From a virus (lineage: Duplodnaviria > Heunggongvirae > Uroviricota > Caudoviricetes), in the IMG/VR virus record IMGVR_UViG_3300032335_000499: 64,000 nt of DNA; one strand, written 5' to 3'. The notes below the pieces were generated by a model. It saw nothing but the letters and a program-made list of their open reading frames with translations, was not told the origin of the DNA and searched no databases. Position 1 is the first letter of the stretch. Each line of letters begins with the position of its first letter. Shown one piece after another: positions 37,734-46,863 of this stretch. The position numbers were made by a program, and so were the translations under genes.

Positions 37734-37885
37734 TGGAATTCATATTCATGTTTTTGCTGGCATTTATTGCAGCGATTGTAGGAGTTTTTTACTTCTTACT
37801 CGCAATCTTTGCTATGTTGCTCCCCATCATCTTTTGGGTTTTTCTGATTTGGTTGGTTATTCGCATAATTAAGAAATATACCTAA
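37733..37885 (+). CDS. Very hydrophobic 50-aa membrane peptide, not in the ORF track
   Basis: TAATG coupling; MEFIFMFLLAFIAAIVGVFYFLLAIFAMLLPIIFWVFLIWLVIRIIKKYT. Confidence 0.55.
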   Translation: MEFIFMFLLAFIAAIVGVFYFLLAIFAMLLPIIFWVFLIWLVIRIIKKYT

Positions 37886-37893
37886 AAAAACGG

Positions 37894-37942
37894 TTGACAA
37901 CAGTTACCCATTTTGCTATAGTGAATATATAGCAAGGAGATA
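37894..37942 (+). promoter_or_regulatory. Sigma70-like promoter with an 8-bp inverted repeat spanning -10 and SD
   Basis: TTGACA-17-TATAGT; TTGCTATA-N7-TATAGCAA-GGAG. Confidence 0.8.
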
Positions 37943-37946
37943 CTAC

Positions 37947-38597
37947 ATGGCTCGTTTCACTCGTCCTACTTACAATGTCGCTGATGTTTTTGCTGCTGCT
38001 TCGGCAGCTTATCGTATTAATGGGTCCTATCTTAAGAGTGACGATATCACTTTCCATGAGAATGGTGATCACACTATTAACAACCTTGCTAACAAGACCC
38101 TCGTCCATCAGTTTCTTAAGGGTGCATTTGACATTCGTGACGAAGACCGTGAAATGGGCGAGAAGGTCCGTCAATATTGCAATGGTCTTTCGTTCAATAT
38201 CATCACTGGTAAGACTTTGAGCGAGTTTGAGCAGGCTATGCTGTCCGTCGCCGACAAGGAAACTACTGATAGCAACTATGATATTGCTGTTGTTGCTTCG
38301 CTACCCGCAAGCTATGACCGTGCCCAGACACGTATTCAGCAGGATGCTATGCTTCGTGAAAAGAGCGGTACATTGAACGCCGATATCGGTTCTAAGGTTG
38401 AACTTGATATTGAAGTTGTACGCTGCAACTACTCTAACAACTGGGACACGCACTTTGTTACTGCTATCGTTGATAATGCAGTTGTGTTCTTTGCAAGCCG
38501 CAACAAGCTTGAACTTGGTTCTAAGCTTCGTATCAAGGGTAAGGTCAAGGCTCACAAGGAAGATCGTACCCAACTTAGCCACGTAAAATTTATTTAA
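37947..38597 (+). CDS. Hypothetical protein with C-terminal OB-fold-like domain
   Basis: IGSKVELDIEVV...GKVKAH beta pattern. Confidence 0.55.
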   Translation: MARFTRPTYNVADVFAAASAAYRINGSYLKSDDITFHENGDHTINNLANKTLVHQFLKGAFDIRDEDREMGEKVRQYCNGLSFNIITGKTLSEFEQAMLSVADKETTDSNYDIAVVASLPASYDRAQTRIQQDAMLREKSGTLNADIGSKVELDIEVVRCNYSNNWDTHFVTAIVDNAVVFFASRNKLELGSKLRIKGKVKAHKEDRTQLSHVKFI

Positions 38598-38598
38598 C

Positions 38599-38627
38599 TT
38601 GACATTTACCCTCTAATGTAGTATAAA
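38599..38627 (+). promoter_or_regulatory. Sigma70-like promoter for the ligase gene
   Basis: TTGACA-17-TATAAA. Confidence 0.7.
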
Positions 38628-38634
38628 GAAGATT

Positions 38635-39990
38635 ATGAGCGCAAGTTTTATAACACAACTAAACGAAGACAACGGACGCCTACATAAGGAAGATGTTATC
38701 AAACAAGCACTAACTGCTGCTAAACTCGGCAACACAGTGTCCACTAATTTCTTGCAGGGTCTTAAGTTCTGCTACAATCCATATGTCACATTCGGTGTCA
38801 AGCAGATTCCAGAAAGTATCGGGATCGTTGATGCTGAAAATCCATATGATGAGTTCTTTGAACTACTAAACAGTCTTTGGCGCCGAAAACTTACAGGACA
38901 TGATGCTCGTGACGCAATCGCAAAAATGTCCGAACGATTTGACAGTGATGAATGGAACCTGTTTCTTGCTCCTATCCTTCGTCGTGATATGCGTAGCGGT
39001 ATTAGTTCTACTACAGTGAACAAGATTTGCAAGGGTACAGATTACGAGATTCCTATCTTCACTTGCCAGTTAGCTACTAACAGTGAAGGTCGCCCTGAAA
39101 TGAAGGGTATGAAGCGTCTTGAGCCTAAGCTGGATGGCGTTCGTGTATTGATGCTAGTATCTATGCTAGACAGTGGAATATATGCTACTTGCTATAGCCG
39201 CAATGGTAAGGTCTTTGAAAACTTTAAGCACATTGAAGACCAAGTACTTGATAACATTTTTGAGTTGCTGAACGCGCCTAGCAAAACTAAACACACTAGC
39301 AGCGGGGCGTTGATGCAAAGTTTTGTATTTGACGGTGAAGTTGTTGGTAATAGTTTCCAAGAACTAATGCGTCAGGCTCGTCGTAAAGAAAATGTAACAG
39401 CAGAAGATAGTGTATTTCATATCTTTGATATTATACCCCTTGCTGACTTTAACCGAGGTCATTGGAACGCACAGTTGCATAAGCGTATTGAACTACTTCA
39501 TGCGATGGAGTCTGCAATTGACAAGATGCCTAATGTAGAATTGCTTCCCCATCTCCAAGTTGATCTTGATACTCACGAGGGCAAAAATCAACTTGAGAGG
39601 TATGCAAAAGCTATGGTTGCTGCTGGATTTGAGGGCATTATGATTAAGAACCTTGATGCTCCCTATCTCTGCAAGCGTAGCACTGACTGGATGAAGTGGA
39701 AGCCTACTATCACGGTTGACCTTGAAGTGATTGGTCTTGAAGAAGGTACCGGTCGTAACAAGAACCGTTTGGGTGCGTTGGTCTGTAATGGTGTTGATGA
39801 TGGTAAGGAAATTACCGTCAATGCAGGTTCTGGATTTAGTGATGCAGAGCGTGATAGTCTTTGGGCAGACCGTAACTTAATCTTTGGTCGTACTGTTGAG
39901 ATTATGGCTGATGCTATTACGCAGAACCAAGATGGTACATATTCGTTGCGCTTCCCGCGCTTCGTTAGATTTAGGGATGATAAAGCATGA
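38635..39990 (+). CDS. ATP-dependent DNA ligase
   Basis: EPKLDGVR, FDGEV, FDII, EGIMIK, WMKWK and SLRFPRFVRFRDDK. Confidence 0.96.
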   Translation: MSASFITQLNEDNGRLHKEDVIKQALTAAKLGNTVSTNFLQGLKFCYNPYVTFGVKQIPESIGIVDAENPYDEFFELLNSLWRRKLTGHDARDAIAKMSERFDSDEWNLFLAPILRRDMRSGISSTTVNKICKGTDYEIPIFTCQLATNSEGRPEMKGMKRLEPKLDGVRVLMLVSMLDSGIYATCYSRNGKVFENFKHIEDQVLDNIFELLNAPSKTKHTSSGALMQSFVFDGEVVGNSFQELMRQARRKENVTAEDSVFHIFDIIPLADFNRGHWNAQLHKRIELLHAMESAIDKMPNVELLPHLQVDLDTHEGKNQLERYAKAMVAAGFEGIMIKNLDAPYLCKRSTDWMKWKPTITVDLEVIGLEEGTGRNKNRLGALVCNGVDDGKEITVNAGSGFSDAERDSLWADRNLIFGRTVEIMADAITQNQDGTYSLRFPRFVRFRDDKA

Positions 39991-40172
39991 ACATTAAACT
40001 TAAAGCAACACTAATTACCTTAGCTATGCTACTTATTGCAGTTGCATTGATATATACTATCGCAAAGTTTCCAGCAGTATTAGTTTTTGCTGCGTTAGGT
40101 GGATTGTTGTACTTTTTGTATCGCGGAGTATTGAACCATCTTGAATATAAAGAAAAGAGAAAACCACAATGA
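39987..40172 (+). CDS. Small two-TM membrane protein
   Basis: Two hydrophobic helices. Confidence 0.55.
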   Translation: MNIKLKATLITLAMLLIAVALIYTIAKFPAVLVFAALGGLLYFLYRGVLNHLEYKEKRKPQ

Positions 40173-40360
40173 GTGACGATGAATATGACTACGTAATTAC
40201 TTTAGAAGAACCGCCACAGCGTTGCGAAATGTGCGGTATCATTGATGAATGCCGTCCATATGGATTGAATCACGAAGAAATTTGCCATGATTGTGCTATG
40301 AAAGACGAAGCACTTACTGAAATCAGAGCAAAAGAACTATTGTTTGGAGAAGAAGAATGA
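40169..40360 (+). CDS. Small zinc-finger-like protein
   Basis: CEMC...C...ICHDC. Confidence 0.6.
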   Translation: MSDDEYDYVITLEEPPQRCEMCGIIDECRPYGLNHEEICHDCAMKDEALTEIRAKELLFGEEE

Positions 40361-40641
40361 AGATTATCAAGAACGAGGAACACAAGGTAACCCGTATCTT
40401 TACCTACACCATTCCTGATGAAGATATCATCAATACATTTGGATCGCTAGGCAGATTCAAAGAGATTGTGAGCCATAATACAGAAGGTTGGGACGTTGAA
40501 GTTCTCGGTGAAGAGCCGACCGACGAAGAAGCTGACCTATTTTATAATTTCTTTGCTGACTATGATTACGATTCAGAAGATGATTGGTGGCAAGACCTTA
40601 AAGGCGGATATGAAACTAATTACGAATTAGGTGAGGAATAA
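40357..40641 (+). CDS. Acidic hypothetical protein
   Basis: Coupled ORF. Confidence 0.6.
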   Translation: MKIIKNEEHKVTRIFTYTIPDEDIINTFGSLGRFKEIVSHNTEGWDVEVLGEEPTDEEADLFYNFFADYDYDSEDDWWQDLKGGYETNYELGEE

Positions 40642-40895
40642 TGGATCCATATGATGAGGATTATGATGCAGTAAAGGACACTGCTGAATGGGCTGAAAAA
40701 CTGCTCGGCAAAATCCATGTCTTTGAAGACGGTGATAGAATAGAAGTTGTTCAAGTAAAGAGGCGTGATACAGGACCTTGGATTACGTATCATACGTATC
40801 AGGGACCGGGAATCCCCCGTAAGATGGTCATGATGGCTGATGAGTTTCACGTTACCTATGGACACTTATTTGGGTTGAGAGAGATAGAAGACTAA
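40641..40895 (+). CDS. Hypothetical protein
   Basis: Coupled ORF with GAGG SD. Confidence 0.6.
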   Translation: MDPYDEDYDAVKDTAEWAEKLLGKIHVFEDGDRIEVVQVKRRDTGPWITYHTYQGPGIPRKMVMMADEFHVTYGHLFGLREIED

Positions 40896-40902
40896 ATAAT
40901 AG

Positions 40903-42486
40903 ATGCTTTTACGAAAAATATTTAGTTTTCCAACTCTAACTCTCCTTGTAGCACTTACGCTTAGTGCCATTGCTGCCTGGTACTCTGTACTAGGCCTAAC
41001 TGCTATCTTTGCGGCGGCAGTCATTCCAATCATTATTATGGGCGGTTCATTAGAAATTGCCAAAGTTGTAACTACTGTATGGTTACACAAATACTGGGAC
41101 CGTTCAGGGTGGAAGCTTAAACTTTATCTTATTCCTGCTGTTGTAGCACTTGCCTTCCTAACGTCTATGGGTATCTTTGGTTTTCTATCAAAAGCCCATA
41201 GTGATCAAACATTAGTCAGCGGCGATGTCGGTGCTAAAGTAGAATTGATTGACGAACGAATCAAGATTTCTCGTGAAAACATTGCTATGAATCAAGTAGC
41301 ACTTGAACAAATGAACAATCAAGTTGACCAACTACTTGGTAGAACTGATGATGACAAGGGAGCAAATCGTGCTGTACAAGTTCGTAGACAACAGGCTAGA
41401 GAGCGTAATCGCCTTAACAATGAAATTGAAGCAGAACAAGTAAAAATTGCCAAATTAAGTGAGGAAGCTGCACCGATACGTGCAGAAATTCGCAAAATTG
41501 AGGCAGAAGTTGGCCCTATCAAATACATAGCTGCACTTATCTACGGAGATAATCCGGACAGTAATCTGTTAGAACGTGCTGTGCGTTGGATGATAATTCT
41601 CATCGTGATGGTCTTTGACCCTCTTGCTCTTACCCTTGTACTTGCTGCACAGAGTAGCTATAGATGGTTAGATGATGATTTAAGAAATCGAAAGAAAGAA
41701 GAAGACTCCAAGGAGAGCGAAGATGTACCAACTACCAAACTATCACAAGATGATGTTAATAAATTCAATTATGGAGTGGGAGAAGTACCACAATCGGAAC
41801 CTATTCCCGATGCGGTTGAACTTGAACCTATATTGGAAGAAGTTAAAGAAGAAGATGAGTTTCTTGACGAAAACCTAAATGAGATGCTACATGAAACTGC
41901 ATATGATGATCCGAAGGAGGACGAAAATGTTTCTGAACCTATTCAACCAAATGATATTCCAACAGATGATGTGGTACGAGAAGATGTACCTGAAACACCT
42001 ACTCCCGATGCAGTTCCGACAGGGAGCAGCGTGGCACAAAGCGAAACAAGAGAACGCAGCAGAGAAGAACCCGCTGCCGTAATAAAAACTGAAGGGGTAA
42101 CTCTACAAGAGTCTGACGGTGGCTATGTAAGTTTTGAAGGCAAGAGCGTTAGTAAGGGAGCATTACAAGGTCTGCGCCCTGACTTGTTTTTGCAAGTAGA
42201 TTCTGGAAATCAATCTAACACTAATTTTGGAACTAGCTTTCCGAGATTTTCTAAGAAGGGCGATATCTTTGTCCGTGTAGATACTTTACCTAATCGTGTA
42301 TATAAGTTTAGCGGAAACAAATGGATTGAGATTAACAAAGAACATACTGATTCTTATCTCTATGACGAGGAATACATCAAATACTTAATCAATCAAATTG
42401 AATTAGGTAATTATGATATCGATCTACTAGCAGAAAATGAAAGAGTACAAATCGAAGACTACCTCAGCAAAACAAATAAACCATAA
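40903..42486 (+). CDS. Multi-TM membrane protein with coiled coil and acidic linker (late)
   Basis: Three or four N-terminal TMs, coiled coil, IVMVFDPLA TM; TAAATA 40893. Confidence 0.7.
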   Translation: MLLRKIFSFPTLTLLVALTLSAIAAWYSVLGLTAIFAAAVIPIIIMGGSLEIAKVVTTVWLHKYWDRSGWKLKLYLIPAVVALAFLTSMGIFGFLSKAHSDQTLVSGDVGAKVELIDERIKISRENIAMNQVALEQMNNQVDQLLGRTDDDKGANRAVQVRRQQARERNRLNNEIEAEQVKIAKLSEEAAPIRAEIRKIEAEVGPIKYIAALIYGDNPDSNLLERAVRWMIILIVMVFDPLALTLVLAAQSSYRWLDDDLRNRKKEEDSKESEDVPTTKLSQDDVNKFNYGVGEVPQSEPIPDAVELEPILEEVKEEDEFLDENLNEMLHETAYDDPKEDENVSEPIQPNDIPTDDVVREDVPETPTPDAVPTGSSVAQSETRERSREEPAAVIKTEGVTLQESDGGYVSFEGKSVSKGALQGLRPDLFLQVDSGNQSNTNFGTSFPRFSKKGDIFVRVDTLPNRVYKFSGNKWIEINKEHTDSYLYDEEYIKYLINQIELGNYDIDLLAENERVQIEDYLSKTNKP

Positions 42487-42513
42487 TCAGTATAAAGAGA
42501 TAAGTAAAAGTAT

Positions 42514-43713
42514 ATGTCGGACAAGAAGTTACAGCACTGTTCCTTTTGTGGAAGCTCTAAAGATAAAGTAAAAAAGCTAATAGTAGGCGAAGACGTTGCC
42601 ATTTGTAGCGAATGCATAGAGTTATGCAACCAACTCATTGTAAACGAACACTTAACCGACAAAGTAAAAGAACATGACTCTGCTAACTTTGATGCGTATA
42701 GTATTAAAGATCACCTAGACAGATTAGTTATCGGACAAGATCAGGCTAAAATTGTATTAAGTGTTGCTATCAGTAATCACTATAAGCGTATCAATAACCC
42801 ACCTCAAGATTTAGAAATTCAAAAGGGTAATGTACTACTGATTGGTCCTACTGGATCCGGTAAAACCCTACTCGCTAAGTCAGTAGCCAAATATCTTAAC
42901 GTTCCCTTTGTTGTGGCAGATGCTACGAACTTGACAGAAGCCGGCTATGTCGGAGAAGACGTTGAAAGTATGGTTGGTATGCTACTTGCTCTTGCGGACA
43001 ATGATGTTAGTAAAGCAGAACGAGGAATCGTGTTTATCGATGAAATTGATAAGATTGCTCGTAAGAGCGAATCTACTAGCATTACTCGTGATGTGTCGGG
43101 TGAAGGGGTGCAGCAAGCATTGCTTAAGCTGGTAGAAGGAACCAAATGCAGAGTTAGTCCTGTAGGCAAGCGTAAGCATCCACAAGGTGAAACTGTAGAA
43201 GTCGATACCAAAAACATATTGTTTATTGCCGGCGGAGCTTTTGTCGGACTTGAATCAGTGATTAAGAGCAGAGTTCAAGGATCCACTATTGGATTCGGTG
43301 CTGAGGTAAAGAGCAAGGATGAGAAACAAGACTTGTCTGAGGTATCCCCTGATGATCTCACCCGTTTCGGGATGATTCCAGAATTCATCGGCCGTTTTAC
43401 GACAACCTGCACCCTAGAAGAATTGACACTAGAGCAGCTTATTAGCGTACTGACCGACATTAAGAATAGTTTTATCGAACAATACAAGTATTTGTTTAGC
43501 ATCGATGATATAGTATTAGAGTTTACTGAAGGTGCTATCAAAAAGATTGCACAAAACTGTATCGATCTAAAGACAGGCGCCCGCGGCCTACATACTGAAA
43601 TCGAAAGAATTTTGTTACCGCATATGTTTCATATTAGAAAGTACAGGGATAACAACATCGTCAAGGTAGTGATTGATGATGAATTAGTTGACAATCCTAA
43701 GGCACTTGTTTAA
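42514..43713 (+). CDS. clpX: ATP-dependent Clp protease ATPase subunit ClpX
   Basis: CSFCG...CSEC zinc domain, [32 protein letters not shown] loop and GARGL. Confidence 0.97.
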   Translation: MSDKKLQHCSFCGSSKDKVKKLIVGEDVAICSECIELCNQLIVNEHLTDKVKEHDSANFDAYSIKDHLDRLVIGQDQAKIVLSVAISNHYKRINNPPQDLEIQKGNVLLIGPTGSGKTLLAKSVAKYLNVPFVVADATNLTEAGYVGEDVESMVGMLLALADNDVSKAERGIVFIDEIDKIARKSESTSITRDVSGEGVQQALLKLVEGTKCRVSPVGKRKHPQGETVEVDTKNILFIAGGAFVGLESVIKSRVQGSTIGFGAEVKSKDEKQDLSEVSPDDLTRFGMIPEFIGRFTTTCTLEELTLEQLISVLTDIKNSFIEQYKYLFSIDDIVLEFTEGAIKKIAQNCIDLKTGARGLHTEIERILLPHMFHIRKYRDNNIVKVVIDDELVDNPKALV

Positions 43714-43748
43714 CCAAAATAGTAGCTTTTTTTGCGAAATTATAGTAG

Positions 43749-43818
43749 TATAAATAATGTTGTAGATGCTTTATAGGTCTACAACAATAGTCTTGCTTAT
43801 AAAGGAGATAAAAACATG
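43749..43818 (+). ncRNA. Late promoter plus ROSE-like RNA thermometer in the hsp20 leader
   Basis: TATAAATA 43749; 9-bp hairpin 43758-43786; GTCTTGCTT-ATA-AAGGAGAT 43790-43809 with UUGCU and a bulged G opposite the SD. Confidence 0.68.
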
Positions 43819-44271
43819 ACTAGAGAATTAACCCTACGTACCCTTGACATTCCGTCAATTCACAAGTTCGGTATCGGATTTGATAGCATTCTAGATGAGC
43901 TTATGCGAGTCAATGCACAACAGACAAATACCAACTATCCCCCATATAATATCGTAAAGCACAGCGAAGATGCATTCGCAATTGAACTTGCTGTGGCGGG
44001 GTTCCGAGAAGGTGATATCAACATCACGCTAGAAAAGAATGTTCTTACCATTAAAGGCCAACAAACAGAAAGCCTTGATGAGTTAGAAAAAGAAGTAGAG
44101 TATGTGCATCGCGGCATCAGTGCCCGCAACTTTGACCGCACTTTTACTCTTGCAGACTATGTTGAGGTACTTGGTGCAAAGGCTGAGAATGGTATTCTCA
44201 CAATTGAATTGGAGCGACAAGTTCCTGAGGAACAAAAGCCCAAAACGGTTGCAATTACATACAATAAATAA
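43816..44271 (+). CDS. Small heat-shock protein (Hsp20/IbpA-like)
   Basis: NYPPYNI, IELAVAGF, YVHRGISARNF and A..ENGIL.I.L. Confidence 0.95.
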   Translation: MTRELTLRTLDIPSIHKFGIGFDSILDELMRVNAQQTNTNYPPYNIVKHSEDAFAIELAVAGFREGDINITLEKNVLTIKGQQTESLDELEKEVEYVHRGISARNFDRTFTLADYVEVLGAKAENGILTIELERQVPEEQKPKTVAITYNK

Positions 44272-44285
44272 TATAATGATACATG

Positions 44286-44313
44286 TGCTTGCGGGTAATA
44301 GTGCCCGCAAGCA
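44286..44313 (+). terminator. 10-bp hairpin between hsp20 and clpS (terminator or leader hairpin)
   Basis: TGCTTGCGGG-N8-CCCGCAAGCA then TTCTT; TAAATA at 44265. Confidence 0.55.
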
Positions 44314-44332
44314 TTCTTAAAGGAAACTTAAA

Positions 44333-44638
44333 ATGGCAAATACCGAAATCCGAAGTAAGATCAAGCCCAATGCTGCACTTAAGGAGCCGCCTCTGTTCAA
44401 GATTATCTATCTGAACGACGACCGAACATCAATAGAGTTTGTGATTAACAGTCTATGTGAATATTTCAACTATAATCCTGACACTGCTACGCAAATTACA
44501 ATGGACATCCACGATAAGGGTAGTGCAGTAGTTGCTGTTCTTCCGTATGAGATTGCGGAGCAAAAGGGGATTGAAGTAACACTTGACGCACGTGCCCAAG
44601 GTTTCCCGTTGCAGGTTAAAGTAGAATCCGAAGTTTAA
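44333..44638 (+). CDS. clpS: N-degron adaptor ClpS
   Basis: PPLFKIIYLNDDRTSIEFV, IHDKG and FPLQV. Confidence 0.9.
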   Translation: MANTEIRSKIKPNAALKEPPLFKIIYLNDDRTSIEFVINSLCEYFNYNPDTATQITMDIHDKGSAVVAVLPYEIAEQKGIEVTLDARAQGFPLQVKVESEV

Positions 44639-45336
44639 ATATTAACTGTTAATCGCTTTGCCCAATAGGGGCTTTTAGCTATAAACGGGTTGTTTAAATA
44701 ATTTACATCATCTAAGATAGTATCAACATTTTTAACATATGTACCAAATACCCAGTGCTTAACTTTACGTTCTGTATCGCTCGTTAACATAGCACTTAGG
44801 GGTGTTTGGTCGTATGTCTCACTAGGCTCTTCGCCATAGAACAAGTCTGTTCTAGGAACTGCACTAGTAACTACTATTATTTTCTTAACATCTAAATGAC
44901 GCTGTAGTTTTTGAACAGTCATTTTAAGATAGGCTAAATCTTCTAATTTAGCAGCAGTTTTGATAATATCCTCCATAGGATTGTCACTGTTTTGGTTTGC
45001 CCAACCATTAACTCCCATGATTGCAATCCCATCAATGATTGCTACATGTTGATGTAGCATACATACGCTTGGAATACTCTCGCATAACATCATAAGTTCA
45101 TTAGTTCTATTAGGAATACTATCCGTAGTTTCATATTCTAAGTCACCCGGGACATAAAATACTCCTTGATAGTGTTTTGACAGATGTACTAATACTTGTG
45201 CCACAGTTCTAATATTAGAACTGATGTTTCCTGCTAATATACAATATAAACTGGATGCTTTGTTTTCCCAATTGAAACTATCATTTGGGTTCAAATTTAG
45301 ATCGCTGATTATATCAAACCCGATATCTTGTTGCAT
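44635..45336 (-). CDS. Calcineurin-like metallophosphoesterase fold with degenerate metal ligands
   Basis: DIISDLNL, LAGNI, VPGDLE and WVFGTY align to DxH, GD, GNH and GHxH motifs. Confidence 0.65.
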   Translation of the reverse strand: MQQDIGFDIISDLNLNPNDSFNWENKASSLYCILAGNISSNIRTVAQVLVHLSKHYQGVFYVPGDLEYETTDSIPNRTNELMMLCESIPSVCMLHQHVAIIDGIAIMGVNGWANQNSDNPMEDIIKTAAKLEDLAYLKMTVQKLQRHLDVKKIIVVTSAVPRTDLFYGEEPSETYDQTPLSAMLTSDTERKVKHWVFGTYVKNVDTILDDVNYLNNPFIAKSPYWAKRLTVNI

Positions 45337-45339
45337 TGA

Positions 45340-45648
45340 TTATTTTGCGATTTTGATGTTTGGCTTTTTGGTAGTCTTAACTTTAGCTGCCTTTACCTTA
45401 GGTGCTTCTTCTTTGACAGTTTTAGCGACCTTCTTAGCAGCAGCCTTGACCTTAGGTGCTGCCGTCTTAGCTACAACTTCAACCTTAGCTACAGTAGCTT
45501 TAGCTTCTACTGCGGCAACCTTTTCTCTAGCAGCATCCTCATCCTTAATTTTCTGCACAGCTTCTTGTAAAAGCATTTCTTCAAATTGCAAACTTACTGG
45601 TTTAGCATTGAAAAAAGTTTTAAGTGCATCGATAAACTTACTTAACAT
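45340..45648 (-). CDS. Lys/Ala-rich protein with histone H1-like tail
   Basis: APKVKAAAKKVAK...KVKAAKVKTTKK; minus-strand TAAATA at 45681-45686. Confidence 0.65.
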   Translation of the reverse strand: MLSKFIDALKTFFNAKPVSLQFEEMLLQEAVQKIKDEDAAREKVAAVEAKATVAKVEVVAKTAAPKVKAAAKKVAKTVKEEAPKVKAAKVKTTKKPNIKIAK

Positions 45649-45711
45649 TATATTTCTCCTATAGTTGAATTTTCTATAGTATTTATTGGATTTTATATGG
45701 TTGGAAATTTA

Positions 45712-46782
45712 TTAGAATTTGGTAACGTTGCCGTCTTTATCTACCATCACAACGTCTTTAGTACCCTTCTTGCCGATACCTCGCTGTAGAGTAACTCCTA
45801 GTGGACGCAATCCTGCAATACCTAAGCTTCCGCCATTGCGTGTACTATCGTTTCGGATGAGCCATACCATAACGTGACTCTCTGGAATATCGTCTACTCC
45901 GGCAATGACTGCGTGAGCATCGACAGTTACGTTTTCGCCGTCTTGAGTAAAGTGTTCAGGCTTGAAAGTTTGAATGACGATACCGCCCTCTGGGTTGATA
46001 TCACTGCCGAAGATAGCAGACAATGCTTCCTCTTCGGTAGGTTCCATCACGATTTCTCTACTAAGTTCGTATACCGGGACAGTTGTTCCTCTTACATTTC
46101 TAGTACCAATTTGGTTGAGTTTAATGATACCTTCTTCTACTAGATTCTTGATGACTTCTTTCGCTCTAGCGCCAAACATATTGTCAGCACTTTCCCAAAC
46201 TTCGGCGTCAAGCTTCTTAATGCTGATAGGTAATGATTGACTATCGCTGTTTAGTACAACGTCTGCTTTTCTGCGACCTGCGGTACTTCTGCCTGCTACG
46301 TCTACTTCGGTGCAATCCTCAATAGAAAGTTGTTTTCCTCTAGGGTCAACGAAGGTTACGTTGGCTCTTCCGAATTTCTCAACCACACTCTGTAACAAAC
46401 TAGCAAGTTCTAATTCATTAGCAACGCCTGCCGATTTATCGCCCTGCTTACCGGAGTCTTTTACTACGATTACGACTGGACTATCACTGAAAACAATACC
46501 GCCTAAGCTGCTTAAGCCAGGATCCTTCACGAAAGTAGGACCATGTTCTGGCATCTGTTTTTCTAGATATCCTAAAATTTCATCTAACATCGATGCTCTG
46601 AATTCGTTTTTCTTTGCACCATTAGGAATCTGCACGATAACATTAATCTTGTTACCGCTAATCTTGAAGTCTTCGTAACCAGCGGAACGTAGAACAGTCT
46701 CTACATCATTCTTAGTTAAAGGTTTGGCAGCAGTTTGGTCAACATTTTCAACCAAATTACTTGCAAATTCATAATATCTCAT
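45712..46782 (-). CDS. Putative PD-(D/E)xK nuclease-like protein
   Basis: ANELE...KADVV...ISIKK pattern; start MRYYEF at 46782 preferred over 46818; TTGACA and TAAATA upstream on the minus strand. Confidence 0.5.
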   Translation of the reverse strand: MRYYEFASNLVENVDQTAAKPLTKNDVETVLRSAGYEDFKISGNKINVIVQIPNGAKKNEFRASMLDEILGYLEKQMPEHGPTFVKDPGLSSLGGIVFSDSPVVIVVKDSGKQGDKSAGVANELELASLLQSVVEKFGRANVTFVDPRGKQLSIEDCTEVDVAGRSTAGRRKADVVLNSDSQSLPISIKKLDAEVWESADNMFGARAKEVIKNLVEEGIIKLNQIGTRNVRGTTVPVYELSREIVMEPTEEEALSAIFGSDINPEGGIVIQTFKPEHFTQDGENVTVDAHAVIAGVDDIPESHVMVWLIRNDSTRNGGSLGIAGLRPLGVTLQRGIGKKGTKDVVMVDKDGNVTKF

Positions 46783-46863
46783 GTATAGTGTACTATCATT
46801 AAATGAACGGTGTGTCAAGCTGTTCGTTAATGTATTTATGACAAGTTTTTGAAAAGGAAGAAT

